A DNA stretch of 63,573 bases, filler included, from Guillardia theta CCMP2712 (lineage: Eukaryota; Protista; Cryptophyta): NCBI RefSeq assembly GCF_000315625.1. It is 5 parts of 5 records of this genome, joined end to end, with 100 filler letters (N's around TTAATTAATTAA, not from the genome) between each part and the next. Parts side by side here need not be neighbours in the genome. Positions count along the whole stretch, not along the records: positions 1 to 24,252 come from NW_005434429.1; 4 more parts are not named here. One strand, 5' to 3'. A model generated the notes under the pieces. The model was not told the DNA's origin and did not search any database. It saw only the letters and a program-made list of their open reading frames with translations. Within the stretch, counting starts at the first letter, position 1; every line of letters starts with the position of its first letter. The position numbers and the translations under genes were made by a program. Positions 1-12,120 of the stretch are shown in pieces.

Positions 1-419
1 CATGCATCCTCCCAGGTTGAAAAGCATCCAGAACACGCTGATGTACCATCCTCTCTGCGTCAACAGCCACTTGACAAGTGGACCCCGTACCTCCTCCACC
101 ATCCCTCCCTCCCTCCCTCCCTCCTCTTCCTTCCTTCATCCCCGGAGTCTGACCCACTGTCCTCAACCTCTTCCTACCCTTGGATTGTCTCTGCTCCCCT
201 CCTTTCTCTCCCTCCTCCCCTTCCTTCTCCTCTTCTCACCTTGTGAGCGGGAGCGTATGCCATCATGATGGCTCCTTGTGCCGTCCAGAAGCATCCTGCT
301 CCGATCCCAAGCAGTCCTCCTGCTCCGTCTGATAAGCCAAGCTCCTCGCCCTCCTTCCTCCTCCTCCTCCTTGTACTCCTACTACACCTACTACACCTAC
401 TCTACTCCTACTCCTACTC

Positions 420-548
420 CTACTATTCCCACTGAAACTACCTCTTCTACTATTCCCACTGAAACTACCACTTCTACTATTCCCACTGAAACTACCACTT
501 CTACTATTCCCACTGAAACTACCACTTCTACTATTCCCACTGAAACTA
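420..548. repeat. 27-bp tandem repeat (ctactattcccactgaaactaccactt) x~4.7
   Basis: Directly visible; adjacent to (CAT)n at 652-772 and (GAGCAG)n at 947-1075. Confidence 0.9.
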
Positions 549-945
549 ATCCGACTTGCCTGCAAGGATGTAGAGCAAGCTGTATCCCGGTGAGTGTCCT
601 GCCTAAGCGTTATAAGGGAGCTTTGACGTTCCGTGAATGAAATTGCTTGCTCATCATCATCATCATCATCATCGTCATCGTCATCGTCATCAGCATCAGC
701 ATCATCATCATCATCATCATCGTCATCATCATCGTCGTCGTCATCATCATCATCATCATCATCGTCATCGTCACCGTACCTGCAAGGTAAGCTGCCATCG
801 CATAACCCGCATATGTCGTTCCTCCCAGGCCCACCAACAGCCTGCAATCCTCTAAGAGAAGGAAAAGCAAGAACGACAAGCAAGAGGCAAATTCTGACAA
901 GACGAAACGGGAGCACGAGCAGGACAAGAGGGCACTACAACGGGG

Positions 946-1031
<86 letters not shown>

Positions 1032-2413
1032 CAGGAGCAGCAGGAGCAGCAGGAGCAGCAGGAGCAGGAGCAGGAAAAATTGGTGAAGTCTGTGCTCACC
1101 TCGGCCCGATGGCGTTGAAGAGAGCACCTCCTAGCATGCCTGAAACCTGCACGTCCTCTCACTCCTCTGACTCCTCTGACTCCTCTGACTCCTCTGACTC
1201 CTCTCCTCCGCTCCTCCTGCTCTTCACCGCAAAGCAGAAGTACAAGGCAACCTGCTTCAAGCTCAGCAGAAGGATGAAAAGAAGACACAGAGACAGCGAC
1301 TGGCAGGCAAGCAGGCAGGAAGGCAGGGTAAAGGGTAATGAAGTTTGAAGCAAGGAGGAGGAGGAGGAGGAGGAGGAGGAAGACGAGGTTTACGTTTGCA
1401 GCGTCATTAGCCGATGCCTCCGAGCTTCCTGCACCTCCAAGACCCTGATGGCACTTTGATCAGTCGATGCCGTGAAGGTCGCGGCCTGTCCCAACCCCTC
1501 TGTACATCATCTCCTCCTCCACCACCACCACTACCTCCTCCTCCTCCTCCTCCTCCTCCTCCTGCTTCACCGCTGCTGCTTCACCACTGCCACCCCATCC
1601 TTAACATCCTCTTCCTCCACCACCACCTTCATTGCCTTCTGTTCCAATACCTGAAGAGCATTGAAGAAGCCAGGGCAAGAGAATGCAACGGCACCTATCA
1701 CAACCACTTGACCAAATCCTCCCCGTAGGAACGAGGTCGGTTTCTTAGCATCTTCCGCATCATCCCCTGCAAGTTCGAAACGTGATTACCCCTCACCTCC
1801 CTCCTCCTACACCTCCTCCTCCTACTACTCCTACTCTTCCCCCCCCTCCTCCTCCCTGCTTCCTGTCTTGTCCTCCCTCTTCCTCTTCTTCCCATCCTCT
1901 CACATTCCCTCTTCTTTCTCCTGTCTCATCCTCCCTCCATCTCTACTCCGCATATCCCTCCCCCTCTCTCCTCCCCTCCTTCTGCTCCACCCTCTCCACC
2001 TGCCATTTCCAGACGCATCAGCGGGTACCCCTACCCACTGAGACCCACAGATCATGTGTGAATATGAGGGGTAGTCTGGCAAAAATTTGATCAGTCGGAA
2101 GAGTCGCAACTTGATCCTACACGCACCAGATCTAGAGCAAACACTACCTAGAATCTAGAGCACTTCCTAATTCCTGTCCTAGATTTAGATTCAAGGCTAG
2201 TCTAGGCCCGGGCCCGGACTCGGTGGCAGGCTGGTCACCAGTCACTGAGTCCTATCAGTTCGTGCCAGCTGGCAGTCACGGTCGGTCTTTACTTCAACGC
2301 AACGCAAAGTTCGTCCACCTACGTCTAATCGTTTGACTTGTTCAGTCACGAGGAGCGCGAAGAGATGAACTTGTAGGAGGACTATGCAGCCTCAGCAGCC
2401 CGAGAAGCGGCGA

Positions 2414-4542
2414 CTAGTTCACCGTGATGGGAGCGGCGAAGTGCTGAGGAGCCTGGTAGTACAGCTGCTGGGGCGCCAGGTTGGAGGGGAGAAACTGAGC
2501 AGGAGCTGACCAGAGCGCAGGAGTGACGTCATAGCGGATCTCAGGCTGCTGGAAAGAAAAGTCTGCTGTCTTGAACGTCTGAGATTCCACAGGGAAGAAA
2601 TATTGCATTTCTTTGGCTGGCTGCACGACCTCCTGCTGGGGCTGGAAGTACTCTTGCCTGTACTGCACGACCTCCTGCTGGGGTTGGAAGTACTCTTGCC
2701 TGTACTGCACGACCTCTTGCTGGGGTTGGAAGTACTCTTGCCTGTACTGCACGACCTCCTGCTGGGGCTGGAAGTACTCTTGCCTGTACTGCACGACCTC
2801 CTGCTGGGGCTGGAAGTAGTACTGCTGGTTCACGTACTCTTGCCTGGGCTGGTAGTACTGCTGGTTCAGAAAGATCAGCTCCTGTTGGGGCTGATAGATC
2901 TCTTGAGGGATCTGTGCGACTGTGGGCGTCGTTTGCACAACCTCGCGGACACTGGTAGTGATAGGAGCGGGCTTGACGTACTCAGCAGCAGCAGGATACT
3001 GGAGGAGGCGTAAGGGCCTTTACACAAGCACAAGAGCGACCCACCGGCAAGGCAGGGGCTGGGCGGTTTTGTGCATACACCCAGCTCTGGCTTCTGACCC
3101 TCTGGAAGCTCTCGGTGGCACTGGTTCGACGCAAGTACCTGCAGCAAGCGTCAGACTAGCAGAGCTGCAACAGACAACATGGTCTTACGATGACGGGTTG
3201 CGAACTTGACCCATGTTTGTCAGGAAGATCCTGTACGCGTCGAGATTTTCCGACTTGGTATGGACGACTTCAACCTGATCGCTGTCAGCAAGTTTGCTAT
3301 GACAGGCCGCAAGGTCTGTACCTTCTTCTCCTCCTTAGGCGCAGGCGATACAGGAGGAAGCGCGGCGCCAAGCTTGATTGGTCTCGGAGCCTTGACAGCC
3401 GTTTCGGCAGGCTTCACTGGAGCAGGAGCGGGAGCAGGCTCTGGGACACGCACAGGCTCTGGCTCTGGCTCTGGGGCTGGAGCTGGAGGCGGTGTGGATT
3501 CTTTCTGTGGAACAGGCAAGGGAGCATGCTTCGGGACGGGCAAGGAGGCCGAATTGAAGGCTTTCATGACAGACGGAGGTGGTGAAGAGACTGGCGCTGG
3601 TTGTGGATCTGGGACTGTCACAGGAGCTTGAACCGGGGCTGGAGCCGGGACGCTCTCTGGAACTGGCAGGGGCAAGCTGACAGGCGCTGGTTGTTCCACA
3701 TTCTTGGGGCTCTCAGCAACTGCCACAAGGTGTCAGCCAGCGTGAGAAGCGAAGGGAGGCTTGTCTGAACCTCTCGTTGGCGTGATGCTCTGCGGAAGAG
3801 CAGGTGCGACCGACGGCATGATTTGAGGGTACGAGATCGTCAGCGTGATGGTTGGCTGGGGGTTGGCCTTCAGAGGTTGGCCTTGCAAGTCGTGGAGGAC
3901 GAACGAGCCACGCTCGTACTGCATGCCAGGTCGGAGCTTAACCTGCGAGTGAATGAGTGAAGGCAGAACGGAACGGGGAAGGGCAAACACCGCAATCTTG
4001 CCGAGGAATTCATCTTCGTGAATCCTGTTCCAGTCGGTCACGGAAACGAGCAGGTAGACATCCTGTTGATTGAGATCGTGCACGCTGGAGAAGACAAAGT
4101 TAACAGTCAGAAAGACAATCAAGTAACTCAGAACTCACATGTTTCGGTCGGGGATGATGGAGTGCTCGAAAATAAATGATTCCTCAAACATCTGGCACAA
4201 AGAGTTCAGCTCTGTCCAACTAACAACAAAACTCACTGGATGCAAGTTGTTCTTGACTATTTGAGTCTTGTGCTGAGCGATAACCGTCGGCAAGTCTTGC
4301 CTGCAAGTCAAGAAGTGAATTCAACGAAACGGCAGGAGATTATACGGACGTGTTCGAACAGTTGCCATGACACAAATTCGTAGGGTCTGTGTCGACAAGC
4401 GTCATGGAGACGTAAGGGTCTGCCGAGCCGAAGGTATCCACCTTGTTGCGAACCAAGTAAGGATCATTGAAAGCAAGACAGGCGAAAGTACCTTTGGCAG
4501 ATTTGCTGCTGAGTGAACAGTGACATAGACCCTGTAACCCAT
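2414..4542 (-). CDS. Multi-exon C2-domain protein with Pro-rich linker and C-terminal QEVVQYRQEYFQPQ repeats
   Basis: Spliced reading gives MGYRVYVTVHSAANLPK / DTFGSADPYV / HKTQIVKNNLHP / FEESFIF / LLVSVTDWNRIHEDEFLGK, a typical C2 pattern, across short GT-AG introns. It is followed by a PAP/PEP-rich ORF (3220-3726) and a Q-rich repeat ORF (2414-2938). Confidence 0.75.
2622..2820 (-). repeat. 42-bp coding tandem repeat (~4.5 copies)
   Basis: The unit tgcacgacctcctgctggggctggaagtactcttgcctgtac recurs and encodes QEVVQYRQEYFQPQ. Confidence 0.9.
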
Positions 4543-7500
4543 CGCTACGCTCTGAGGAAGCAAAAGCATGTCAATATTCCTACTCCACATTTCTAAATGA
4601 AGTTCCACTCTGTGTATCAGTGAGTCCCTGAATATACTTCATCCCTCTTTCCTCCACCGATCTCTCCTGGCTCTCCTCAGTACAACTCCCTCCTCACTCC
4701 TCCCTCCATTCATTCTCCGCGCTTTTCTTCGCTCAACGCGCCTCGTCATGCTTGACAACTCCGACTCGGTTCCTCCCGATCGACCACCCTACCGGTCACT
4801 TTTCGTACCCCTACCCACAAGTGCACCTCTAAAGGAACTGACTACCATCGGAATTACCGTTCACTACCCCCATCATTCACACGACTCTTAACTACCCCAC
4901 TACTGTGACCCCACCAGACACTCAGACGCTCAGTCATCCTACCTCATGACTCATCATGGCATTTTCCCCCGGTGCCTACCCCACCCCACCCCAAGTACAT
5001 CAGTGTCTTTGTCGAAGCTCCACCACACCTTGAGTACCCCTACCCACTCAAATCCAAGTTAACACCTGTGAATTTGACGAATCCCCGTGGGTGCTCAAGG
5101 CTCCGAATGGGGGCCGGGTGGGGGGTGGGGGGTGGGAAGGTGTACCCACTGGCCGTGTTCACCGGCGGAATCGGGGGCTAGCCTCGGACGTCACTGGTAC
5201 CCTACCCCACCCCCAACCCCCCACCCCACCCCCCACCCCGCCGGCGCCGGGGCTTCAAGTAGGGGGCGCAGCAGCGGTAACGGTCAACCAAGGTACCCCC
5301 TGAATTGAGGTCAAAGAAGGGGGTACTCACATCCCCCGCTTCATTCACTGTCACATCATCATGGTGACCCACCCCACGGTGAGACGCAACATTGCGCTAG
5401 ATGTAACCGGTGGTGTCACTCGGAACTTTAAAATTTTAACAGGTACTAAACTTGATCGGAATCAAGTTAACTAATCCTTGATCGGACAGGGCCCCGGCCG
5501 CAGGACTCCGGGAAGACAGTGGACCAAAATTCAACCTCGGATCACTCAACGGGTACTCAGGCTCACTTTGAGTAAAGGTCCTCACCGGCGTCGGCGAGTC
5601 AAACTTTCAAGGGCCGAGACTGAAGAAGGTCCGTCAGCCGGGCTGCCCGCGGCCGGGTGACTCGGAGACTTTCCGAGCAAGGCAAATGACAACTTCCGTG
5701 ACACTGGCTCGGACACCGGGCTGAGCGCGGCAGCGGAACCGTCACGGGCCCGGACTCGGCGGCCCGCGGCGGCCGGTGGCAGGCTGGGCGGCCAGTGGCG
5801 CTCGGACACGCCAGCCGCTGAGTGCACACCCTACTAGTGACGGGTACACTACCACCGGTATCCTGAATGATCATGGCCGCTGATAGTATGAGAAAAGCTT
5901 CAAGTAGTAAGATACGCATTCCTCTCAGTTTTGCCAACCGTTGCGTTCCGAAGGCAAATGTGACTCACTGGAATCATTTTCCTGCCCCTTATTCCTTATT
6001 TCCCATTGAAGGTGAGCGATTCATGGACTCGGCGCCGAGTATTCATGATTCAGCCCCTTATTCCTTATTTCCTGTGACTCACTGGAATCATGAATACTCG
6101 CGGCCGAGTCGCCCCGGCCCGGCGGGACTCCGGCGGCCCAGGCTGCCGATGCCACTACTCATTACATCCGACTTGCAAAGGATCTTCCTTACGGTCAGCT
6201 CAAGGCCTCCCTGTCCTACTGAGTACGCTGCCATCATCGCGGGTGCATCTCGGTATGCGTCTCATCATCGAGTCGTTCCGGGCCGGGCGGCGGCCACCGT
6301 ACGGTCGGCGCGACATCGCTGGCATGGCCGTGCGGGAGGCTCAGCTTGTCCTGAGCGCCGTTAAGTGAACTCGGAAGGTATCAGTTAAGTTTGGGGGACA
6401 GCAGTCGGCACTGCGGCAGGATTGGGTTTGGTTCTCGCTCGTACTGATTTTTAACTTAACTTTGAGTAAAGACTACATTACTGTAACTTAACTTTGAGTA
6501 AAGGGTCGGCAACTGTATTTCGCCGACAGTACTGACTCACCGTGAGCAACCTACGGCGACCCAACTTGAACAGAGTCACGCCCCCCGGAAGTCACGGACG
6601 GTCAGCTGACGCCGCCGTCAGCAGCTCGTGCGGCTGACTCACTGCGAGCCCCGGCTTACAGAAGCGACTGATGACGGTCACAGCCCTCCGTGATGCGTGC
6701 AGTCAAATCAGCCCACGTGACAGGCTAAACTCTCGAAATCACCTCATTTGGCTAGCCGTACCGAAAGGGACGCATTGCGGCCGTGACCCCTGCACAGGGG
6801 GCTGACCGTCAGCCTAGCTGCTTATTCGGAAGTCGAGACCGAGGCCCTATCCACCCCACCCCCTCTACATCAGCCCGAAGAAGTTTGTATGAGGTGGGGT
6901 AGTCCGGCGAGTCACCCCCACCCAGTAGTACCCTGACAAATCCAGATGAGAGGAGGGGTGGACAAGGGGTAGTAAAGATCCTCTTGGAGGAGATCTCCTG
7001 AGATTTATTGAAACCTTGTCTGCACAGCTACCGCATCCTCCCCGCACCCTCCCCGCACCCTCCCCGCACCCTCCATGTCCTCGGCGAATCCTTACGCTGC
7101 TCCTCCCTCCCCCCCCGCCTTGACCATCAGGATCGTCCAAGTCTCGCCATGGATGAATGCTCGCCCCTCGAAACCTCGCCGAATCTCTCCATGCGGTGCT
7201 GCCAAGCAGACAACGGGACCGCTCGGTGACCAGCTGCTTCATAACGTACTCGCAGCTAGAGCCAAGGTTCAGCCCATGGGCATAGAAAAGAGATAGCAAG
7301 AAGATGCCAGGAACAGAGGCATGCAAGGTATAGTGCAATTGTTTGAAGTTTATGGGGTGCAGTCAGGTGGATTGGACGAATGTAGAATATTGTTTGTATA
7401 ATAAAAGAAGCTACGAAACGCAACAGAAAGACTTTTCTCTGCAAGACATTTGATGTGAACGCATGTAATGCTCTGCGAGAAAAGGTTGCAGAGATGCGAT

Positions 7501-7662
7501 CGTATAGGTCACGCACTAATTAGGAGCAGTCTAGCAGGTACTGCGGGTGAGGGTGTTTGGCACAAGACTAGCACGAGACTGTGTTCCTTCTCCCGGCCAT
7601 GTACTGTAATGGCAAAACACGCCATCGTTAAGCCGCGCAAGAGAAGAAGCTTGTCCCGTCCC

Positions 7663-10157
7663 TCAGTCGTCCGTGATACATCGGCTGTTACTCTTGTTCC
7701 TCCTCCTCTTTCAGGCGTCGCAGCATGTACGAGGTTCGTTCGAGGCCCCTCTCGACCTCCACGTCTTGGTCGTTCTCCTTCTCCACAGCCACGTCATCCC
7801 AGGACTTGGCAACCAGCGACTCCTCTGGCAGCCCCATCCCTGACGGCAGGATCTCCTTCTTGATCTCCGAAGCTGACGTTCGTAGCCTGCGTGCGCATGG
7901 GCTCAGCCGCAGCTTTCGGCAGATGTAACATGCTCTTACCTCTTGCCGGCGGGTCCTCGGTACCCGACGCTTCTCTTGGGCCCCCAGTTCTTCTCAGGGT
8001 TCTTGGGGTACAGGGGAGATGGTCTGGGAGGAAGCGAGCGAGGTCAGCAAAGAGGGGCAGGGGACGCTCCACTTACCTCCTCACGCTCCTTGTGCTCGTC
8101 CGGTTCGTTGCGTTGACCTCCGCAACGTCATCGTCGGCAACGAGGATGCCCTCGTGCAGATTGAAGTTCAGGTTCCGGCTGCGAGCAAGGCAAGGCATGA
8201 AAAGGCAGGATAGTAGGGTTGAGCACTCGCTGCTACAGACCATGAGGTTGTGTTGAGACGAGTCTTGTCTATCATCAGCATCTCGCTGTTCACAATGTTC
8301 GTCCCCGCCTGTGATGTCATCAGCAATAGTGACGATTGGCCATCCGAAGTGCCTGAGTAAGCCGGGAGTAGACGATTTGTTTCTGCTTGATCCAGGCTCG
8401 GATCAAGTCCCACAGCAGTGCCAGAGGAGCATCGGTCTTGATCGCCAAGGGATCTATGTGGGACGACGAGACGTTGTAACCTGCCATCTTGACCAGTGCG
8501 CGCAGACCAGTTATCTTGGGAGCGCTACATCGCACCACCTGATGACGTCAACACTTCAGCAGCCTGCGGCAGTGCCTCATGCATAGCATGCCTTGGTCAT
8601 GGACGACAGTATCATGAAGAAGGGCACGTCAAGCTCAGCCTTCAGGAGGGTCAGGAGCCCGTCCAATCTGCTGTATGACGCCAAGTGACGCATATCTCGC
8701 TCAAGTATGCCCGCAATCTACAGGGCATCAGCATCAGACAGTCAGAACTGTTGCACTTCAGCGCATATCTCGACATCTCCCATCACCTCTGCTATGGCCG
8801 TCGCATTCTGGATGGGCCCAGTCCACACCGGGCCGCCGACAACGAACGGGCCAACCCCACAGCATCGACTCGCTCCCCTCTGCAACGCGGCGGCGGGCGG
8901 GCCGGTGGCACAGGAGATGCCTTTTGAGCTGGAAACCTCAGCCATCGGCTGGAGACTGTAGCTCTCACATCCCCTGCAGTGATAGACGAAGGCTGTGTTG
9001 GTGCAGGTGCGCTGAGCAGCATGGCGGTTGAGCCGCAGGCGTACGAAGACGCGGATGTAGAAGTCGATTGAGACTGACAGGACAGGCTCTGCCACCTTCC
9101 CTAACGAGGTTGCGAGGGTCTGAATTGTGTTGATGAGGATACGAATGGCCATCTCCTTGCTGTAAGGGGTGCGGAGGGGCATCGCGCTGTACCGCATGTA
9201 GGCCGCTTCAGGCTGCATGCCGCACAAGACTCTCATGTCCGTACAGGTCACACAGAGCATACCTCCATTCGCCATGGCATGCACAGCTGCCCCAAGGAGC
9301 GCTGATGGCGATCCGAAGGGGTCGAGGTCGATGGCCTGAAAGAAGTTTCCCTCGAGGACGGCAGCGAACATCACTTCCAGAGCATCCCTGTGGACTACCT
9401 GGACGAGGTTTGCGTCCACGTTCGAGAGGTTCAAGTTCTCTTCGATGGAGCTGACGGCACCCTCGTCCCGATCACTGGCGACGATCCGAGTGACGTTCGA
9501 GACCTCCTTGGAGTATCGGATGGCCCTGAGACCTGAGGCCGACATCGCGTCTAAGACCACCATCTCCCGTGAGAAGTTGGACAAGTTGTACCCGTGCTCC
9601 TCCAAGACTTCATCGGGAACTTCGACTTCCATCTTGCTTACCGACTGGTTCTGAGCTGCTTCCACAACTTCGTTGGCTGATGTTTGGTTCTCCCCCTGCT
9701 CCACTTCCATCGGCATGTTCGAGTTTCCTGCCGTTGCGTTCTCAGTTGACTCGACCTTGGTTGAGTTGTCCGACAGTTCGGAGTTCAGGTATTCTCTCAG
9801 GCATCGTCTCCTCCAACTTGCGCGGCGTTCCTCCAGGCAAGTGCTGACAAAATATTTCATGACGAGGACCGAGAGGTCCCTGTTGACTATCATCACATTG
9901 TTGTAGAACACGGTTCCATTCCGCACGTCGAACGTGGCGGACCCCTCATGCATGATGCTGGACTCACCCTCGCTCCCTCCCCTGAGCATCAGCGACCGAG
10001 CAAACGGGATTGCCGGGTTTCTTCTCAGAGATGGAGTGAGGGACAGCCTCCGTACGGTTGGCCGGGGCAACTGAGCAGGTCCAGTCCGTGAGCTGATGAT
10101 TGTCAGCAGAAACAAGAAGCAAGGAACGCCACAGGCGCCCTTGCGTACCGATACCAT
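7663..10157 (-). CDS. TRM1: tRNA (guanine26-N2,N2)-dimethyltransferase Trm1 with bipartite-like N-terminal leader
   Basis: Motifs VFYNNVMIVNRDLS, VLDAMSASGLRAIRY, IDLDPFGSP, GGMLCVTCTD, SIDFYIRVFVR and GGPVWTGPI lie in 8742-10157. Downstream exons give AGYNVSSSHIDPLAIKTDAP..LWDLIRAW and PKNPEKNWGPK. Stop placed near 7663. Confidence 0.92.
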
Positions 10158-12120
10158 GACGTGGAGAGGAGAGCGGGATGGGGCAGGAGAGGATCCCGTA
10201 TGGAACGACGGAGATGATGAAAGGAGAGCAATGTAGAAACTGGGATGAGATTGGTGTGAGAGGAAGAGGCAAGAGAGAAGGACGTTGAGATGAAACGAAG
10301 TGTGAGGGACTGAGGGATGGAAAAGGCGGCCCAGGGTGACGAGGATCAGCAGCTGGTTTTACACGTACGTGTTCAACAGCGTCAACGCTGTTCTCTTCAA
10401 CTTCCGCACCCACAATCTTGTTTGATTTAATTGGTGGTGGTGGTGGTGGTGGTGGTGGTGGTGGTGGATGAAGAGAAAGTGGGATGGTAGGGGGGGTGGG
10501 AGGCAAGGAGGAGTGGGGAGGAGGAGGAGGAGGAAGGGGGAGGTGGATCAGATGGGAGTGAGGAGGAGGGACAAGTAGGAGCAGGAGGATAGGGGGGGGG
10601 GGGGCGAGGAGGAGGGGGGAATGGGGGGGTTGGAGGAGGAGGAGGAGGAGGAGCAGGAGGATAGGGAGGAGGGGAGGAGGGGAGGAGGGTGGGGTTGGAG
10701 GAGGAGCAGAAGCAGGAGCAGGAGGAAGAGTGGGGGGTTTCTGCAGAACGAGACAGGACGGATCTATAGGGCCTCATCCCCGCTCTGCAGCTTTGATGAG
10801 TAATAAATATCTGAGTAAACATCGCCGTGACAATTGATCGCCCCGGCCCGGGCCCGGGCCCCGGTGCCGGGCGTCTCGGACTTGCCGGGGCGGGCATCCT
10901 CAGTGACTCACTTGACAGCCCTCATCCCCGCTCAATCTCTGGACAACATGAGGAAGCAGATGAAGAGCTCCAGATTTGACTGTCACATGAGCCTCAAGGT
11001 TGAAACGTTTCGATTTACAGCCTCGATCTTGTGGCTCTTATTTTCACGTACCCCTCCATATGAGTATTATCACCCCACCCCCATGGATTGCACGGGTCCT
11101 CTTTTCGCGACTTTACTGCAATGGACCCCCATCCCCAATTTTTTCTGAGAGGGTAGGGGGTGTTTTCAGAACCCCTTCTTTTAGTGGGGTAATGGGGGGT
11201 AGGTAATGGACCACCAGTACGTGGAGAAAGATGGGGAGCGACGCTGTACCAGGACAGCCACGAGAGCAGGATGAGGAGAAGATATAAAACAATGAGAGGC
11301 GGATGAGAGAGGAAGAGAGAGGAAGAGAGAGGAAGAGAGAAAATGAAGATGAGAAAGAGAGAGAGGAAGGGTGATGATGCGAGAGGAGAGAAGAACTAGA
11401 CGGGAGAGTGAGATGAGACACAAGAGTGGAGGAGAAGACATAAGTGATGCATGTTGATGTGAATGGTTGCAGCAAAAGGGCGCTTACAATTATCATTCGT
11501 GATTTCAGAGGGCTCGGGATATTAGAGAGTAGCAGCAGGGGGTTCAAACAGAAACGAAACGAAACGAAACGAAACGTGGGTTTAATGGCCAGTGCGAGTT
11601 TGAGGATGTTTGTGAGATGGGAAAGCAAAATTGATGAGGTAGCAAACGGAATGGTGTATGCCTTGCTGAAAAACATCCGCATCTGATTGTGTACTGACCA
11701 TCATGCAGACAGAAGCAAGATGGATGGATCAAGGAAAAGTCCCTCTATGTTGGTGCTCGAAGGAAGCACGATTGTGAGGAAGAAGGTGACAGCGACTGCC
11801 ATCCTGAGTCCTCTCGTCTCATCCCCTTGCAGGCGAACTGTCTCATCCGGGAGCCTCTGCATTCGCCCAAGGAGTCCCTTCGCTACTCGCTCTCCTCCCC
11901 ACATGGCTCGGACAGGAGCGTGCGGTGGAGCACAGCACATCTGCTTCCCTCCTCGCCCTCCTCGTCATGCTCTTCGAGCTCGGAGTAGGAGGGAAGGAGG
12001 AGATGAGGAGAGCGGAGCAGGGCAGGTTGTAAACTAGGAAGGAAGAGGAAGGGGAAGCGCCAAGATATCTTGTTAGAGTATTCCTAATGAACTGTACATT
12101 ACGGGAGGCACTGGTTTCAT

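Noticed and set aside
263-2100. Many ORFs with poly-D/S/H/L/EQ tracts
   Set aside because: They arise from microsatellites that are open in several frames. A real gene may lie here, but strand and product could not be supported.
7725-8678. Apparent plus-strand ORFs
   Set aside because: Antisense to the 3' exons of TRM1, which carry recognisable conserved motifs.
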